NCBI GenBank assembly: GCA_002269645.1
Contig: NIVC01001134.1
Span: 289,691-353,690 of the forward strand
Length of the DNA: 64,000 nucleotides
Direction: 5' to 3'
Origin: Macrostomum lignano
Lineage: Eukaryota
How positions within the stretch are numbered: position 1 is the first letter of the stretch; each line of letters starts with the position of its first letter. Both the position numbers and the translations under genes were made by a program. Positions 27,401 through 39,771 of the stretch are shown in pieces. Below the pieces are notes generated by a model. The model was given only the letters and a program-made list of their open reading frames with translations. It made no database searches and was not told the origin of the DNA.

Positions 27401-28506
27401 TCTAGATCCCAAACCGCACCCTCTAGATCCCCAAACCGCACCCTCTAGATCCCCAAACCGCACCCTCTAGATCCCCAAACCGCACCCTCTAGATCCCCAA
27501 ACCGCACCCTCTGAATCCCAAACCGCACCCTCTATACATGTAGATCCCCAAACCGCACCTTCTCTATCCCAAACCGCACCCTCTAGATCCCCAAACCGCA
27601 CCCTCTAGATCCCCAAACCGCACCCTCTAGATCCCCAAACCGCACCCTCTGAATCCCAAACCGCACCCTCTATACATGTAGATCCCCAAACTGCACCCTC
27701 TCGATCCAAAATATCCCCCTCTAGATCGCCAGCTATGTTTAATCATTTTAATTTCAATCCCAGCAGCTGCCACCAGCTTTGAGTTTGACGCCATGCCCAT
27801 ACCATCCCATCACCCTTCCCGCCAGATCACTCTGGTCAGCTGCCTGGTGCCGGTTGTCCTGCCGACGCCGCTGCACCAGGAGCAACAGTCGGTCCGCCTT
27901 GGCCAGCTGCGCCGCCTGTCAATCTACTGGGCCGTGTCGGCCACTCAGTCCCTGCTTGAGCTGCTCAGTTCGGCCAGCGGCCTTCGCTGCCTGGAGCTGA
28001 TCAACTGTCCAAGGCTGAGGGCCGCCAGCATCGGTCGCATCTGCGACCTGTTCCCCCGGCTCGAGTCGCTGGCCTTGCCGGGCATCGACTTGCTCATGGA
28101 CGAGGCCGGCGACCTGGCTCTGTCCGACATGGTCAGGCGGCTGCCGGATCTTCGCGTGCTGAACCTCAGCTGGCTGGGCAGTCAGGCACCGTACAACGCG
28201 CAGGCGGTGGACCGCCTTTTCCGCTGTCTGATGCAGTCCGCCACGAGGCTGCGATGCCTCGCCTGTCCGGCCGGCCTGTCCGAGGATGTCCTGGACAAAA
28301 TGGCCCGGGTGCCGAGCCTCCGCCTGGTCTGCTGCGCGGCGCCTCCCGCTGGCCGGCCGCAGTTGGCCAGCTTGGAGACTCTCTACCGGCGCTACTGCCG
28401 GCACTTCTACCGCTGCGGGCTGGCCATGTTTCTGGGTGAGCAGCCGCTGGACTGCGCTGGGCCCGAATCCCGGCCCGCTCGGCTCAGTGGGACTGCGGCC
28501 AGGTGA
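24473..28506 (+). CDS. F-box/leucine-rich repeat protein (FBXL-type), 4 exons: 24473-24549, 25914-26080, 26629-26795, 27826-28506; 363 aa
   Basis: F-box motif LPDELLLRIFQLL...ISR|VCKRWRNLCSDPTLW across intron 1; LRR-like repeats (CPHLTELGLAYC, LRCLELINCPRL, FPRLESLALPG, LPDLRVLNLSW); all splice phases compatible; intron 3 is GC-AG. Confidence 0.9.
25190..25690 (-). mobile_element. Degenerate 3' fragment of a non-LTR retrotransposon ORF2 (RNase H plus C-terminal Cys/His region), in F-box intron 1
   Basis: DSQAALQAL and LKWIPRHAGFLGNELADILTK match RNase H motifs; downstream TFTGHGYLARH...*LCPFC resembles the ORF2 zinc-knuckle region, with an in-frame stop. Confidence 0.8.
26130..26585. repeat. 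(CTCTA)-based compound repeat in F-box intron 2
   Basis: Direct reading. Confidence 0.9.
26870..27720. repeat. ~24-bp minisatellite (CCCAAACCGCACCCTCTAGAT core) in F-box intron 3
   Basis: Direct reading. Confidence 0.95.
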
Positions 28507-28599
28507 AAGACTCGTGTGTTTTATCGGCACTGCATCAGTCTGACACTTTTAATCCCAAAGCAGCTACAAACACGGGGAGACCGATGCCAGTTGTCTGGC

Positions 28600-28775
28600 G
28601 CGGCGCTCTGGTGTGCCAGCGGCCCAGGCTCGATTCCAAGTGCAGTCGTATTAATTTGGGGCTGAATTAGAATCTCGGCTTGGGTCTGTTCATGCAATTA
28701 ACGCCCTTAAGAGCCAACCCCTCGCCGGTTGTGCGACAATGTCGCTTAAAGTGCTCCAGGGTGCACACAGCCTCC
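28600..28775 (+). mobile_element. SINE copy with internal deletion
   Basis: Shares the 5' part (GCTCGATTCCAAGTGCAGTC) and 3' part (ACAATGTCGCTTAAAGTG) with the 33411 and 6125 copies but lacks the ~150-bp middle. Confidence 0.78.
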
Positions 28776-31700
28776 ATATTGACTCTATAAAGAGCTACAA
28801 ACACAAATTTGCTGTTACTTCATAGCGGCACATTTATTCTTTCTAATAAATCTAATCTTGTATAGTTTGGTCATTCCATTCAAAATTTGTGCTTGAAATT
28901 AAAAGCATCGCAATGCCACTGTCTGACAGTGGAAGTGTCAACGAATGTAAAAATCAAGCGATATTTGTATTGCTATAGGCTAGATTGCTACTACATTTAA
29001 TGTTTCAATTTTTGTTTGAACTCGTGACCATTTTGATGTAAAAACCATTTTTAAGATAAAATACAATAGGATCGAAGCATCTTGACTTTACACCAAAATA
29101 TATGCCCTACTACAGTGTATATGTTTAAATGCTTTTTTGCATGAGGGTATTTCCTGTGTGATTAATTCAAAAAGCAAGAAAATAATAGATATTGCAAAAT
29201 CCTTCGATTAACATATAGAAGATACATCATTTACTCAAAAACAGACACAAATGAAACAGAACGTAGGCATAGCCCACAAGAACACATTAACCAGCAAAAA
29301 AACGTCGGGTCCCTAACGGCTGGGGAATGCACATTGTACATATGCAAAATGTAGCTACAGATGATTAGAGTTTCGTTTTTGATATTCCTCATGTTGAGCG
29401 ACGCTCGCCGCAAATTCAGTCTGCCAAACATCACTGACAGCAAAATGTCACTAGCAGTCAAATGAAATTGACAGTCAAATGGCACCGATAGTCAAATGTC
29501 ACTGACAGCAATACACTGGACAGTCAAAATCTGCAGCCTGTCCGGCTGTCATCGGCGCGGTGTAGTAGCAATCGGGTTGGAGTCTACCCAGGCGTCGCTG
29601 CAGCAAAAAGAAACGCGTCGCCCTAGTACATTAAATTCCCAAATTACGAGCTCATTTGGATTAGTACATTAGGGTCAATAAACTTTGATTTGAGCTTGAA
29701 GTTTATTTAAAGTGGCCTTAACTTAGACCGCTCATCCTAAATCCTGTCTTAATCCTATCAAGATTTGTTTTAACCGTCGAAGGCTTCGTCGAATTCGTAG
29801 AAATTTTAATGCTATTGAGGTGGGGGCGGAGAGAAGAAAAAGGGGGGGGGGTTAAATTTAAATTTCAGTTCTTCGGGTTTCTTTGAAACCGATCGGCGTT
29901 TAGTTCGCACGAATAAGCCGGAAAATCGTGGGGACGAATCTCTATTGAATGTCTCGTAGATTACTCCGTCGGCCGGGGTCCTCAATACCGGGGGGAGGGT
30001 AGTTTAGTCGTATAGTAGGCGAGCGGTCTTCGTTTGGCGCGAGCGTTCAGATGCGGGTCCTCAGACACCGAATTCATGTACCTCGTATGCTTGCTTTGTT
30101 ACTAACAGTAGAGTAGCGCTGCCACCACCGTAATTCGCGTATTACGGAACGTAGAAGTCTCAGAGCTTGCTTCGAGATGAGACTGGATTACTTTACGCCC
30201 CACGGGCAAATGACTTAAGATAAACTATGGCTCTTAATCCAGGAACAAAGAAAAAAATTATTATTGGTGCTTGTTTATTAACCGATAAACTTGACAAACA
30301 ACAATGCTGTTATTTACACGAGTGGCGACTGACGATTAAATGATTTGGGGGTGCCGCGGTGCGGGCTCTCACTTGAAATTAAACTAGAATTAACTTCCGG
30401 TCGGGCAAATTAATAAATGTTAGTTGACGTTAATAAGTAGATTAATTTGGAGGGTAAGCCAAAGGAGAAGGAGCGGGAGGTCAAACCGAAGGAAAACGGA
30501 AGATAGGGAGGAGACAGGCGCAAGGGGCGGGGTTAAATACCCAAAAGGAGGGACACAAAGTGGCTGACGGGGCCCAGAAACTGGGAAGGGCGAAAACACG
30601 AAGGCCAGAAAAAAGTCAACAAGAGAATGCCGCAGAAATTATATAGAAAAACAAATTAAAACATAAATTGGGCACACAACGCCAGAAAATGGGGCGAGGG
30701 GGACAGAAAAAGGGCTAAAACGTGACGAATTGCGCCAGGGGGTGGACGAACGGGGCCAGAATGCGGGCGAGCATAATTTCCAGATTATGTATTATTAACG
30801 AAAATCAATTTACAAAATTAAGAAATGGTGGTACCCACTACCACACTATTCAAATTTCTTTACAGTTCTGTTCAATTGGTCTAGAGCTTTTTTTGGTGTG
30901 CTCATTCTCATTGCAAGTCATTAATGTGTTTGTGTAATCGTGTTTATAATTTTCGTGGCTGATTAAGCCGTCACTTCTGTCAGTAATAGCGGCAGCAGGC
31001 CAGACCAGCTGTACAGCATATAAGCCAAAAAGGTTTAAAATAATTTAACGCAGCAAACTAGAATTATGCCGCGCCTATCTTAATTCATTGACTTGTCATT
31101 CGCTGACTTGAACAGTAAAAAGGTTTGGCAGAAGTGTGTCTAGGCCTACCTGAGGGCTTAGACCTGCCTCCTACCTACACACTTGAGTCACTTACTGTTC
31201 TCCAATCTCCATTAGGATTCTGACATGCATCATGAAACTTAATTTATTTACCATGAACTGTTTAATTCATCTATATTTCCAGAATATAGAGTTTTAGATT
31301 TCATAGCTATTTAATATGTTGTTTGTTGCTTTTAGAATTTAATCTTAGGTCTTAGTAATTTTGTAAGTTATAATATAATAAATAAATATATTTATGAGTT
31401 TTTAAAGAAAAAATATATATATTAAAATTTTTTAAATGTTTCAGTATTTTTATTTTATACTAGGCCCTATACAGTTTATTTTTTTCTAACCAACCAAGCA
31501 TTTTAACTTAAATCTTATATCTAAAGCTGAGTGGATCGATCGATCGACCGGCTGGGTTTAATGCATATCTCCTCCTAAATGGCTGGCAACTCAAATGCGG
31601 GACTTATATATATCAATGCAGAATTTTCCTATGCAACAAATAGGCTATTTTAATGTTGAAGTTTTCAAAATTAAGTCTGTTAAAAAAGCAGAAAACTGTT

Positions 31701-32334
31701 TTCTTAACCTTCTTTGGCCACTTTTTCTGCTCTGAACTAAAAATTTGCATCAGTTTTGAGTGATTGCGCCACAACTTTTTCCTATCTCGGCAGTGCATTT
31801 TCTCTCCAGTGGGGGGATGGGGGCATTCTAAGTGGCTGCGTGCGTACACTTGGACCCTTGCTAACTGGTGGGCAGTAAAATTCAATGCATAAACTTGCGA
31901 ACCTCTCACTGTAGCAGGCAGTGAATGTACACTAAAAATGCAATGCTTTAAACTGGGAAATTTCAAAAGCAAACTGTTCCTCGAGTTTTGAACTGAGAGA
32001 AGAGACTTATATTGCTGGAAAGATCTTTCAATGCTGATATAAGTTGTTTGCTTTAAGTATGAAAACTAAAAGCACAGCATTCAAAAAACAATTTCTATAC
32101 TTTTAACTTTCTGCAAAGATTGTACTCATTTTTGCGAGATGCAATAGATAAATTTGGGGCTTCAATTTCTAACTGCCACTGTGTATTGGAGGGTTGATTT
32201 AGATTGCGCAATCATTTTGTTAACTTTAACTAAGACTGATACTGACTGACTGAAAAATCAATTTTGCAATTAATTTGTTCAATTGGTTCAATTTTTTATT
32301 ATCGGCGCCTTTCAACAGGAAGCACTGTGCAGCT

Positions 32335-32358
32335 CTAACCCTAACCCTAACCCTAACC
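32335..32358. repeat. Short interstitial telomeric repeat (CTAACC)x4
   Basis: Four perfect TTAGGG-type units. Confidence 0.75.
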
Positions 32359-32504
32359 ACTGAATCCTTTTCTTTGCATATATTTAAGCCAGACAATTAG
32401 AAAGCCTTTTTAATACACTCCAATTTAACAGAGTCTGTTGATTAAATTGATGGATTTTTGCTTGAAAGAAATAATATTGTTAGATATTCGTTTAACAGAG
32501 TGAA

Positions 32505-32800
32505 TTTTGATGAATATCGGTTTCACGGAGAGGATTTTGATGAATTTAAGTTTCACCTGCGGAGAGGATTTTGATGGAGTTCTGTTTCACAGAGAGGATT
32601 TTGATGGAGTTCTGTTTCACGGAGAGGATTTTGATGGAGTTCTGTTTCACGGAGGGAATTTTGATGGATTTCTGTTTCACGGAGAGGATTTTGATGAATA
32701 TCTCTTTGACTAAGAGAGTTTTTATGAATAAAAATCTGTTTGAAAGAGAGGATTTTGATGGATTTCTGTTTAATGGAAAGGAATTTGATGGATTTTAGAG
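32505..32800. repeat. 30-bp degenerate minisatellite (GGAGAGGATTTTGATGGAGTTCTGTTTCAC)
   Basis: 10-aa periodicity in the ORF track. Confidence 0.88.
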
Positions 32801-33410
32801 ATGACTTGAATGATGGGATTCGGGTCATAGGATTTAGCTGATGGATTCTGGTGATGGGAGTTCTTCCCGTTTCTTCTCCAACGGAAGAGTTGGCCTAGTA
32901 TATAATAAAAGTCAAATGACAGCTTTTTTATGTAGCTTTAAAAAATTTGCTTTAGTCAAATAATTTTTATATAGAAAAGCTTAGCTTCATGTTGCTTATT
33001 CATTCAAAATGGCACATGACTAAGACCACCACACATAGACTACCATAGCTTTTACTGGCTCTAGTGGCTACTGATATTAAAGGGGAGCTATCAATCTTCT
33101 AGCATTGCTATTCCTCTCATAGGTTCTTCTTTTGCAGCCTTGTCCTATTGGCTCCTACCTATTTACCTCTTCTTTAGCCATAGTCTAGATCCCAGGGTCA
33201 GGATCGTGTACCGCTGTATGCCGGAACAAAAATTGCTTCCATAGCTCATGCATGCCAATGTATGCCAATGAACTTTTTATTACATACAAAAATATGCCAA
33301 AATAAAATTACAAATTACAACTAATATTAAAAGCTTGCAAAATTTTATATTCAAACAACCTATGTGTTAAAACTGAAAATCTTTTTACTTAACTATAAAG
33401 AACTGGTTCA

Positions 33411-33766
33411 GGGGGGGGGGCATAGCCCAGCGGTAGTGTAGCTGCTCTGGTGTGCCAGCGACCTAGGCTCGATTCCAAGTGCAGTCACATTAATTTGGGG
33501 CTGAATTGGAATCTCAGCTTGGCTCTGCTTGTGCAATTAATGGCCTTGAGAGCCAACCCCCTAAGGCACAATGAAGTGTATATGCCTAACGATAAAATAA
33601 AGTTAGGGCCGCTGTACACTCCTATGTGAGTGTGTGCCTGCGTACGTATCTGCGCGCTTGTATGCCTGCTCAGGGGAGTCAGTGGAATGGGCAGTAATGA
33701 CAATGTAACAATGTCGCTTAAAGTGTGCCAAGGTGCACACAACCCCTCTGCCTCTAATAAAAAAAA
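33411..33766 (+). mobile_element. Full-length tRNA-derived SINE
   Basis: Pol III A box TAGCCCAGCGG (33423-33433), B-box-like GGCTCGATTCC, body shared with other copies, A-rich tail (TAATAAAAAAAAG). Confidence 0.82.
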
Positions 33767-35764
33767 GAACTGGTTCATTTTAACTATTTTTGTTTTACTT
33801 TTACTTTCTTGGAAAAGTTAAACCCAGTTTTTAAAAAAATTTTCTGTTTTTTTTTTGTAAAGGGCCAGCTATTCTTTCTGATCAAAATTTAGCCACTGTA
33901 ACTATGTACATGGAAACTATTCCAAATGCAAATTTAATCATTTTTGTATGCTAATTATGTAGATTGATTGTTGGGACTCGGAACTTTTGGTCCCACTTGC
34001 TGGTCTCAGCAATCTCTATATGCCAAGCTGTACACCAAGAAGTCACACCAGGTGCCTTTATATGCCAAGTTTTATGCCAATGTGTAATCTAGGTCCCTCT
34101 GTATGCCAGAAAATTCTGGCGTACATGTATACCATCTGGAGTCTGGTCTAGATCATGGCAAGCATACGCTGGAATGAAAATTCATGTTTTTTCAATTTTA
34201 TGCCAACATAAAATAATTTTTTTTACTAAGACTAAAATTGTTTATATGCCTTTTTTTAAAAATATATTTTTTTAGGAATTCAAAACCTTTATTAAACTTT
34301 AAACCGGCTGTTTTTCGCTAAAAACTGCTATTCTTTGTTTTAATTTTTTTTCTTGTGATTACATTATTATTTTCTATTTTAGTTTTTGCTTATTAATGGC
34401 TTTTTAAAGAACCTTAAGTGTCTATCTTTACTCAATTAAAATTTTAGGGAGAATTCTAATATAAAATTTAAGTTTTTTAGTAAATGCTATATATAATCAA
34501 CTATTACTAAATTTCTTATTCTAGCATGCACTTGCTTTAGTATGGTTATATTTATATTAACATTAAATATTTTGTTTTGTTTTATTATGAAAAAAAAGAC
34601 TCAATCTTAGATATTAGAAATATGGACTTTTTTCTTCTATTTTCTAAACTTTTATACAAAAACTTGTTTAATAAAACTAAGCATTTGATTAAACCTTAAA
34701 AAACAGTATAATTAAAAACTAGTATACTATTTCTTATTATAATACAATTATTATTTAATTGTTAATCAAATAATTAATTATCCCTATTAATCCCCACTCA
34801 TAAAAAGCATCAAAGTAAATAAATCACAATCACTAACATTCCAAAATGTAATAGGCCTACAACCAGCTACCCAAGTCACTTGATACCAAAAAGTATTTAG
34901 CACTAGTGTCTGGCACCAATGTGTGTAGTATTCTTTTTATATATTAAAAAAATTAATTCTTAATTTAATCTTAGAAAGTATAAATAGTCTATAAATCAAA
35001 AAAATCATTAATCATAACAAATTAATTATTACTAATATCCTAAGGGCCTACTAATAAAGCAAATATTATATCTATAGTCTGTTTGAAATTTCTAATTGCA
35101 AGTTTTTTTCTAGTTCAACTTTCTTATTTCCTAAGGCCTACCTATCTTCAAGAATTTTTTGTTTTTGAATAATTATTTTTTCCTTAAAAGTCTAAATAGT
35201 AACTTAGGACAAAATATTAATACTTTTTATGTATTCTATTATTCTAATGATAATTTGTTTTGATGTGATTTTCATTATATATTTAGACAAAGTGAATATA
35301 TAGCCAATTAAAAAATAAAGCAAGTAATTAGACTTGGGGTTAGCAATGTCTGGCCAAACCTGGCCCCCAATTCTTCCCATCTGGCCCCCAAGGCCCTCGG
35401 TGATCTATCATTATATCTGGCCCCTTGGACTTTCATTCCACTTTCTCTTTTTCTCTCTCGCATTCACCTTTCTCATCCCTATCTTATGTTGAGCTTCTGT
35501 AGAGGGAAGATTGGCTGCAGGTCTAAATGTTTTAAGAAGGAGTAATTATTTAATTATTAGAAAAAGAATAAGAACATGGCAGGTTTTGAGGAGAGAGAAT
35601 CTCAATGGTTGTGATGAGATTCAGGTTTTGATCATCATCAATTGAAAAAATGGTCTCTCCAGACTGACATGCTATAACTGTGGTTTTTCACTTCTTTATG
35701 TTTTTGGCCTCTGAGCTTTAGAAAATCTTGGCTATTTGGCCCTGGCTTTTTAACCCTTGGATTA

Positions 35765-37495
35765 GACTATATAACTAGTAACATTCGACTGTGAGTGAAA
35801 TTTGACTAGCAGTGACATTTGACTACTAGTGACATTCGACTGTGAGTGAAATTTGACTAGCAGTGACATTTGACTACTAGTAACATTCGACTGTGAGTGA
35901 AATTTGACTAGCAGTGACATTTGACTACTAGTGACATTCGACTGTGAGTGAAATTTGACTAGCAGTGACATTTGACTACTAGTGACATTTTATTGTCAGT
36001 GATATTTGCTGTCAGGGACTTTTGACTGTCAGTGACATTTGACTGAGTGACACTTGACTGTCAGAGACATTTGACTGTCAGTGACATTTGACTGAGTGAC
36101 ACTTGACTGTCAGTGACATTTGACTGAGTGACACTTGACTGTCAGAGACATTTGACTGTCAGTGACATTTGACTGAGTGACACTTGACTGTCAGTGACAT
36201 TTGACTGAGTGACACTTGACTGTCAGAGACATTTGACTGTCAGTGACATTTGACTGAGTGACACTTGACTGTCAGTGACATTTGACTGAGTGACACTTGA
36301 CTGTCAGAGACATTTGACTGTCAGTGACATTTGACTGAGTGACACTTGACTGTCAGTGACATTTGACTGAGTGACACTTGACTGTCAGAGACATTTGACT
36401 GTCAGTGACATTTGACTGAGTGACACTTGACTGTCAGTGACATTTGACTGTCAGTGACATTTGACTGCCTGTGACATTTGACTATCAATGGCATTTGACT
36501 ATCAGTGACATTTGACTAATAATGACATTTGACTATCAGTGACATTTGAATGCCAGTGACATTTGACTGCCAGTGACATTTGACTGCCAGTGACATTTGA
36601 CTGCCAGTGACATTTGACTGCCAGTGACATTTGACTGCCAGTGACATTTGACTGTCAGTGACATTTGAATGCCAGTGACATTTGACTGTCAGTGACATTT
36701 GACTGCCAGTGTCATTTGACTGCCAGTGACATTTGACTGTCAGTGACACTTGACTGCCAGTGTCATTTGACTGCCAGTGACATTTGACTGCTATTGTCAT
36801 TTGACTGCCAGTGACATTTGACTGCCAGTGTCATTTGACTGCCAGTGTCATTTGACTGCCAGTGACATTTGACTGCCAGTGTCATTTGACTGCCAGTGTC
36901 ATTTGACTGTCAGCTGACATTTGACTATCAGTGACATTTGACTGTTTTTGACATTTGACTGCCAGTGTCATTTGACTGCCAGTGACATTTGACTGCCAGT
37001 GTCATTTGACTGCCAGTGTCATTTGACTGTCAGCTGACATTTGACTATCAGTGACATTTGACTGTTTTTGACATTTGACTGCCAGTGACATTTGACTGCC
37101 AGTGACATTTGAATGCCAGTGACATTTGACTGTTTTTGACATTTGACTGCCAGTGACATTTGAATGCCAGTGACATTTGAATGCCAGTGACATTTGACTG
37201 TTTTTGACATTTGACTGCCAGTGACATTTGAATGCCAGTGACATTTGACTGTCAGTGACATTTGACTGCCAGTGTCATTTGACTGCCAGTGACATTTGAC
37301 TGCCAGTGACATTTGACTGCCAGTGTCATTTGACTGCCAGTGTCATTTGACTGCTAGTGACATTTGACTGCCAGTGTCATTTGACTGCCAGTGTCATTTG
37401 ACTGTCAGCTGACATTTGACTATCAGTGACATTTGACTGTTTTTGACATTTGACTGCCAGTGACATTTGACTGCCAGTGACATTTGACTGCTACC
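35765..37495. repeat. Compound satellite built on GTGACATTTGACT (52-bp, ~17/34-bp and 17-bp units)
   Basis: Direct reading; the unit changes along the array. Confidence 0.95.
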
Positions 37496-38591
37496 TGCTA
37501 GTGTCATTCAAATTAATTAACTGCCGATGGCATTCGAGTGTCCATCCTAGAAAGGCACGGTTGTTTCAACAAAGTTTTACAGTTTTTTGTGTTATTGCGT
37601 TACATATGTGCATAATTAGGTGGTCTATAATAAAATAACTGTCCAAAAAGAGTTCTATTTCTTTTTTGGTAATGTTAGGACTGCTTGCAGAAGTATTTAT
37701 TATAATCGTGGGAATGCGGCGATGAAAGAGCCTTGGAATCGAGAGAAAATGCCTGTTGTCTGAATGCCTCTCCCAAGTACAGCTCTGCGCTCTATTAGTT
37801 CCAGTGCAACACGGGTGCCAAACTAGGCTGATAAAATGAGACAGGCCTTATACTTGGATGGTGGTGGCATGTGGGAACTTGACAAAAAATCGGTTTTCAT
37901 TGGGGCCAGCATTTTACTGCGAGTGAGTGTAGCGTTGCCAATTGCTTTTTCTGTGACTGTTTCGTCTCGTCTCCAATGTAAACATTGCTGAATAGCTGGG
38001 AAGGCGGCGCGTTTTCTATCGACACAGATAATTGGCATCTTAATGATGTCTCGCTGGGCACTAATAATAATTAAATTAAAGCCTGGCAAATAGCCCCGCG
38101 AGAGAATGAGAGACTTATTCTACACAGCAGGTCAGACCCTTGCTGGGGTCAGGCTATTGTAGCTGTTGCCAATGTTGCTCTCTTCTATTTTCATTGCTAA
38201 TAAAAAACAGGCCTGTCACATGATCCCGAATTAGAATGGGATGAAGGACAAAAGGCCCCTGGATCCAGCAGTGCTCCACTTGAAACTCTATAGCTTGGAC
38301 CGGCGTCATCTTTCTTTGGAAAAATATTTTATTTGGCATTTTGGCACGCATTCGGCATTGAATCTAATGGAAGAGTTTTGGGCTATCCATTAATTTCTAT
38401 TATTCTGGTTGACAGCGGGTTGCCAAATAGAAGCTTTGTTTCAGCACGGGCCATTTAAGTACTAGCAGAGCGCGGCGTCGAACTTACGCTGGTAAGGAAC
38501 TCAAGTTGGACGCATAGAGTTGCTGAGCACTGGGGAAGGGGGGTTGTGGGTGCTTAGCGCAGCAACAGTTTCTACTTTGAGTGGCGTGTGA

Positions 38592-38606
38592 CCCGCCCCG
38601 CCCCGC
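38592..38606. promoter_or_regulatory. Tandem GC boxes (CCCGCCCCGCCCCGC) upstream of the + strand gene cluster
   Basis: Sp1-type motif ~240 bp upstream of ATG 38842; function inferred. Confidence 0.35.
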
Positions 38607-38841
38607 TTACTGCGCTGCTGTACCATTCTTAGTGCGCTAACGAAGGTCGTCGCTCGCTTATTTTTCTTTAAGTTCTCGGGTGGGGGGGGGCTTATAAAAT
38701 TTGTGTTGTCTTTGAGCTGCTCTGCTCTCTCTTCATAGCTCTCACCCGAGATCTTTATTTGAGCTGGCAACCCAGCTAGCCAGAGAGCGAGCGGCAAGCA
38801 TTCGTCCTCGAAATAGTAATTTGTTCGCGCAGTCGAAGCGC

Positions 38842-39771
38842 ATGGAGATTCAATCGCTTCCGGAGTCAAATCCAGCCTCAGTTGATGAAGCTGAACAAGT
38901 CGAGAAGGCGGACACGGTGGCTGAGAAGTCGCTGGCAGATAGTCTCGAGCAATGCGTTTCGCTTAACGAACAGTCGGAGCCGGACTCGACTCAAGCGCAG
39001 GAGACTAATATTGATGAAGTGCTAGATTCTAATCCGCCGCAGCTTCCACAGAAGCCAGACTTTGTGCCGTCGCTGCTGCTTGGCTCAGACGAGCCGCCAG
39101 TTGGTGCAGACGCTCTGGAGCCTCTGGTCAGCACTGGCCGCAGTTGGGCCAGCACGGCAGGCGGGCTCCGACCGGCCCTGCCCGCCTGGCTAGCCAGGAA
39201 GCTGCGCACAGCGATGGCGCTGGCCATGGATGAAACCGGAAAAAGCACTTCCGAGGGCCACTGCTGGTCGCTACCGTGCAGTCCTCGATGGCAGTGTCGT
39301 CGCTGGATGCGATCGCGTCCGCTGATATCGGCTAGAGCTCCGATTCCGCAGTCGTCAAGATCTGTTCACTCAGCCCGCTCCGACCCGGTGTCGGGCAATA
39401 CGGACTTGTCTTGGACCAGAATTCGCGCCCTCCGCGACAGAGTCAACGCGGCCCAGCGAGTTCTGGAAGCGGCCGAACGATTCGGCAGTCGAGGCATCGA
39501 AGCGCGTCGCTTGCTGGCGGACAGCGTGGAGCTTCGACGCAGTGTTGAAGAGCTTCAGGAGCAGCAGCAGCAGCAGCAACGGGAGCAGCAGAAGAGGCTG
39601 CAGCAGGAACTGCAGCGTAGGGAGTGGTACTGGCAGCGTCCGATCTGGCGACCTCGCCGACCTGAACGCCAGTCGCTGCCACCCAGCTGCCTGCTGGATC
39701 GGCTGGTGCGAATCCGACGCGATGTTGTGCGGTCAACCTTTAGGATGGGTCTGGGCATCGCCTGCCAGTGA
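38842..39771 (+). CDS. Uncharacterised single-exon protein, 309 aa: acidic N-terminus, C-terminal coiled coil with Gln run
   Basis: Long non-repetitive ORF with GC-rich codons; acceptor TTCGCGCAG ends 9 nt before the ATG; no family recognised. Confidence 0.6.
   Translation: MEIQSLPESNPASVDEAEQVEKADTVAEKSLADSLEQCVSLNEQSEPDSTQAQETNIDEVLDSNPPQLPQKPDFVPSLLLGSDEPPVGADALEPLVSTGRSWASTAGGLRPALPAWLARKLRTAMALAMDETGKSTSEGHCWSLPCSPRWQCRRWMRSRPLISARAPIPQSSRSVHSARSDPVSGNTDLSWTRIRALRDRVNAAQRVLEAAERFGSRGIEARRLLADSVELRRSVEELQEQQQQQQREQQKRLQQELQRREWYWQRPIWRPRRPERQSLPPSCLLDRLVRIRRDVVRSTFRMGLGIACQ

Noticed and set aside
27919-28530. 203-aa antisense ORF over the F-box last exon (similarly 43725-44240, 49022-49790, 40835-41185)
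   Set aside because: Shadow ORFs typical of GC-rich or repetitive coding sequence; the opposite strand carries the recognisable domains.
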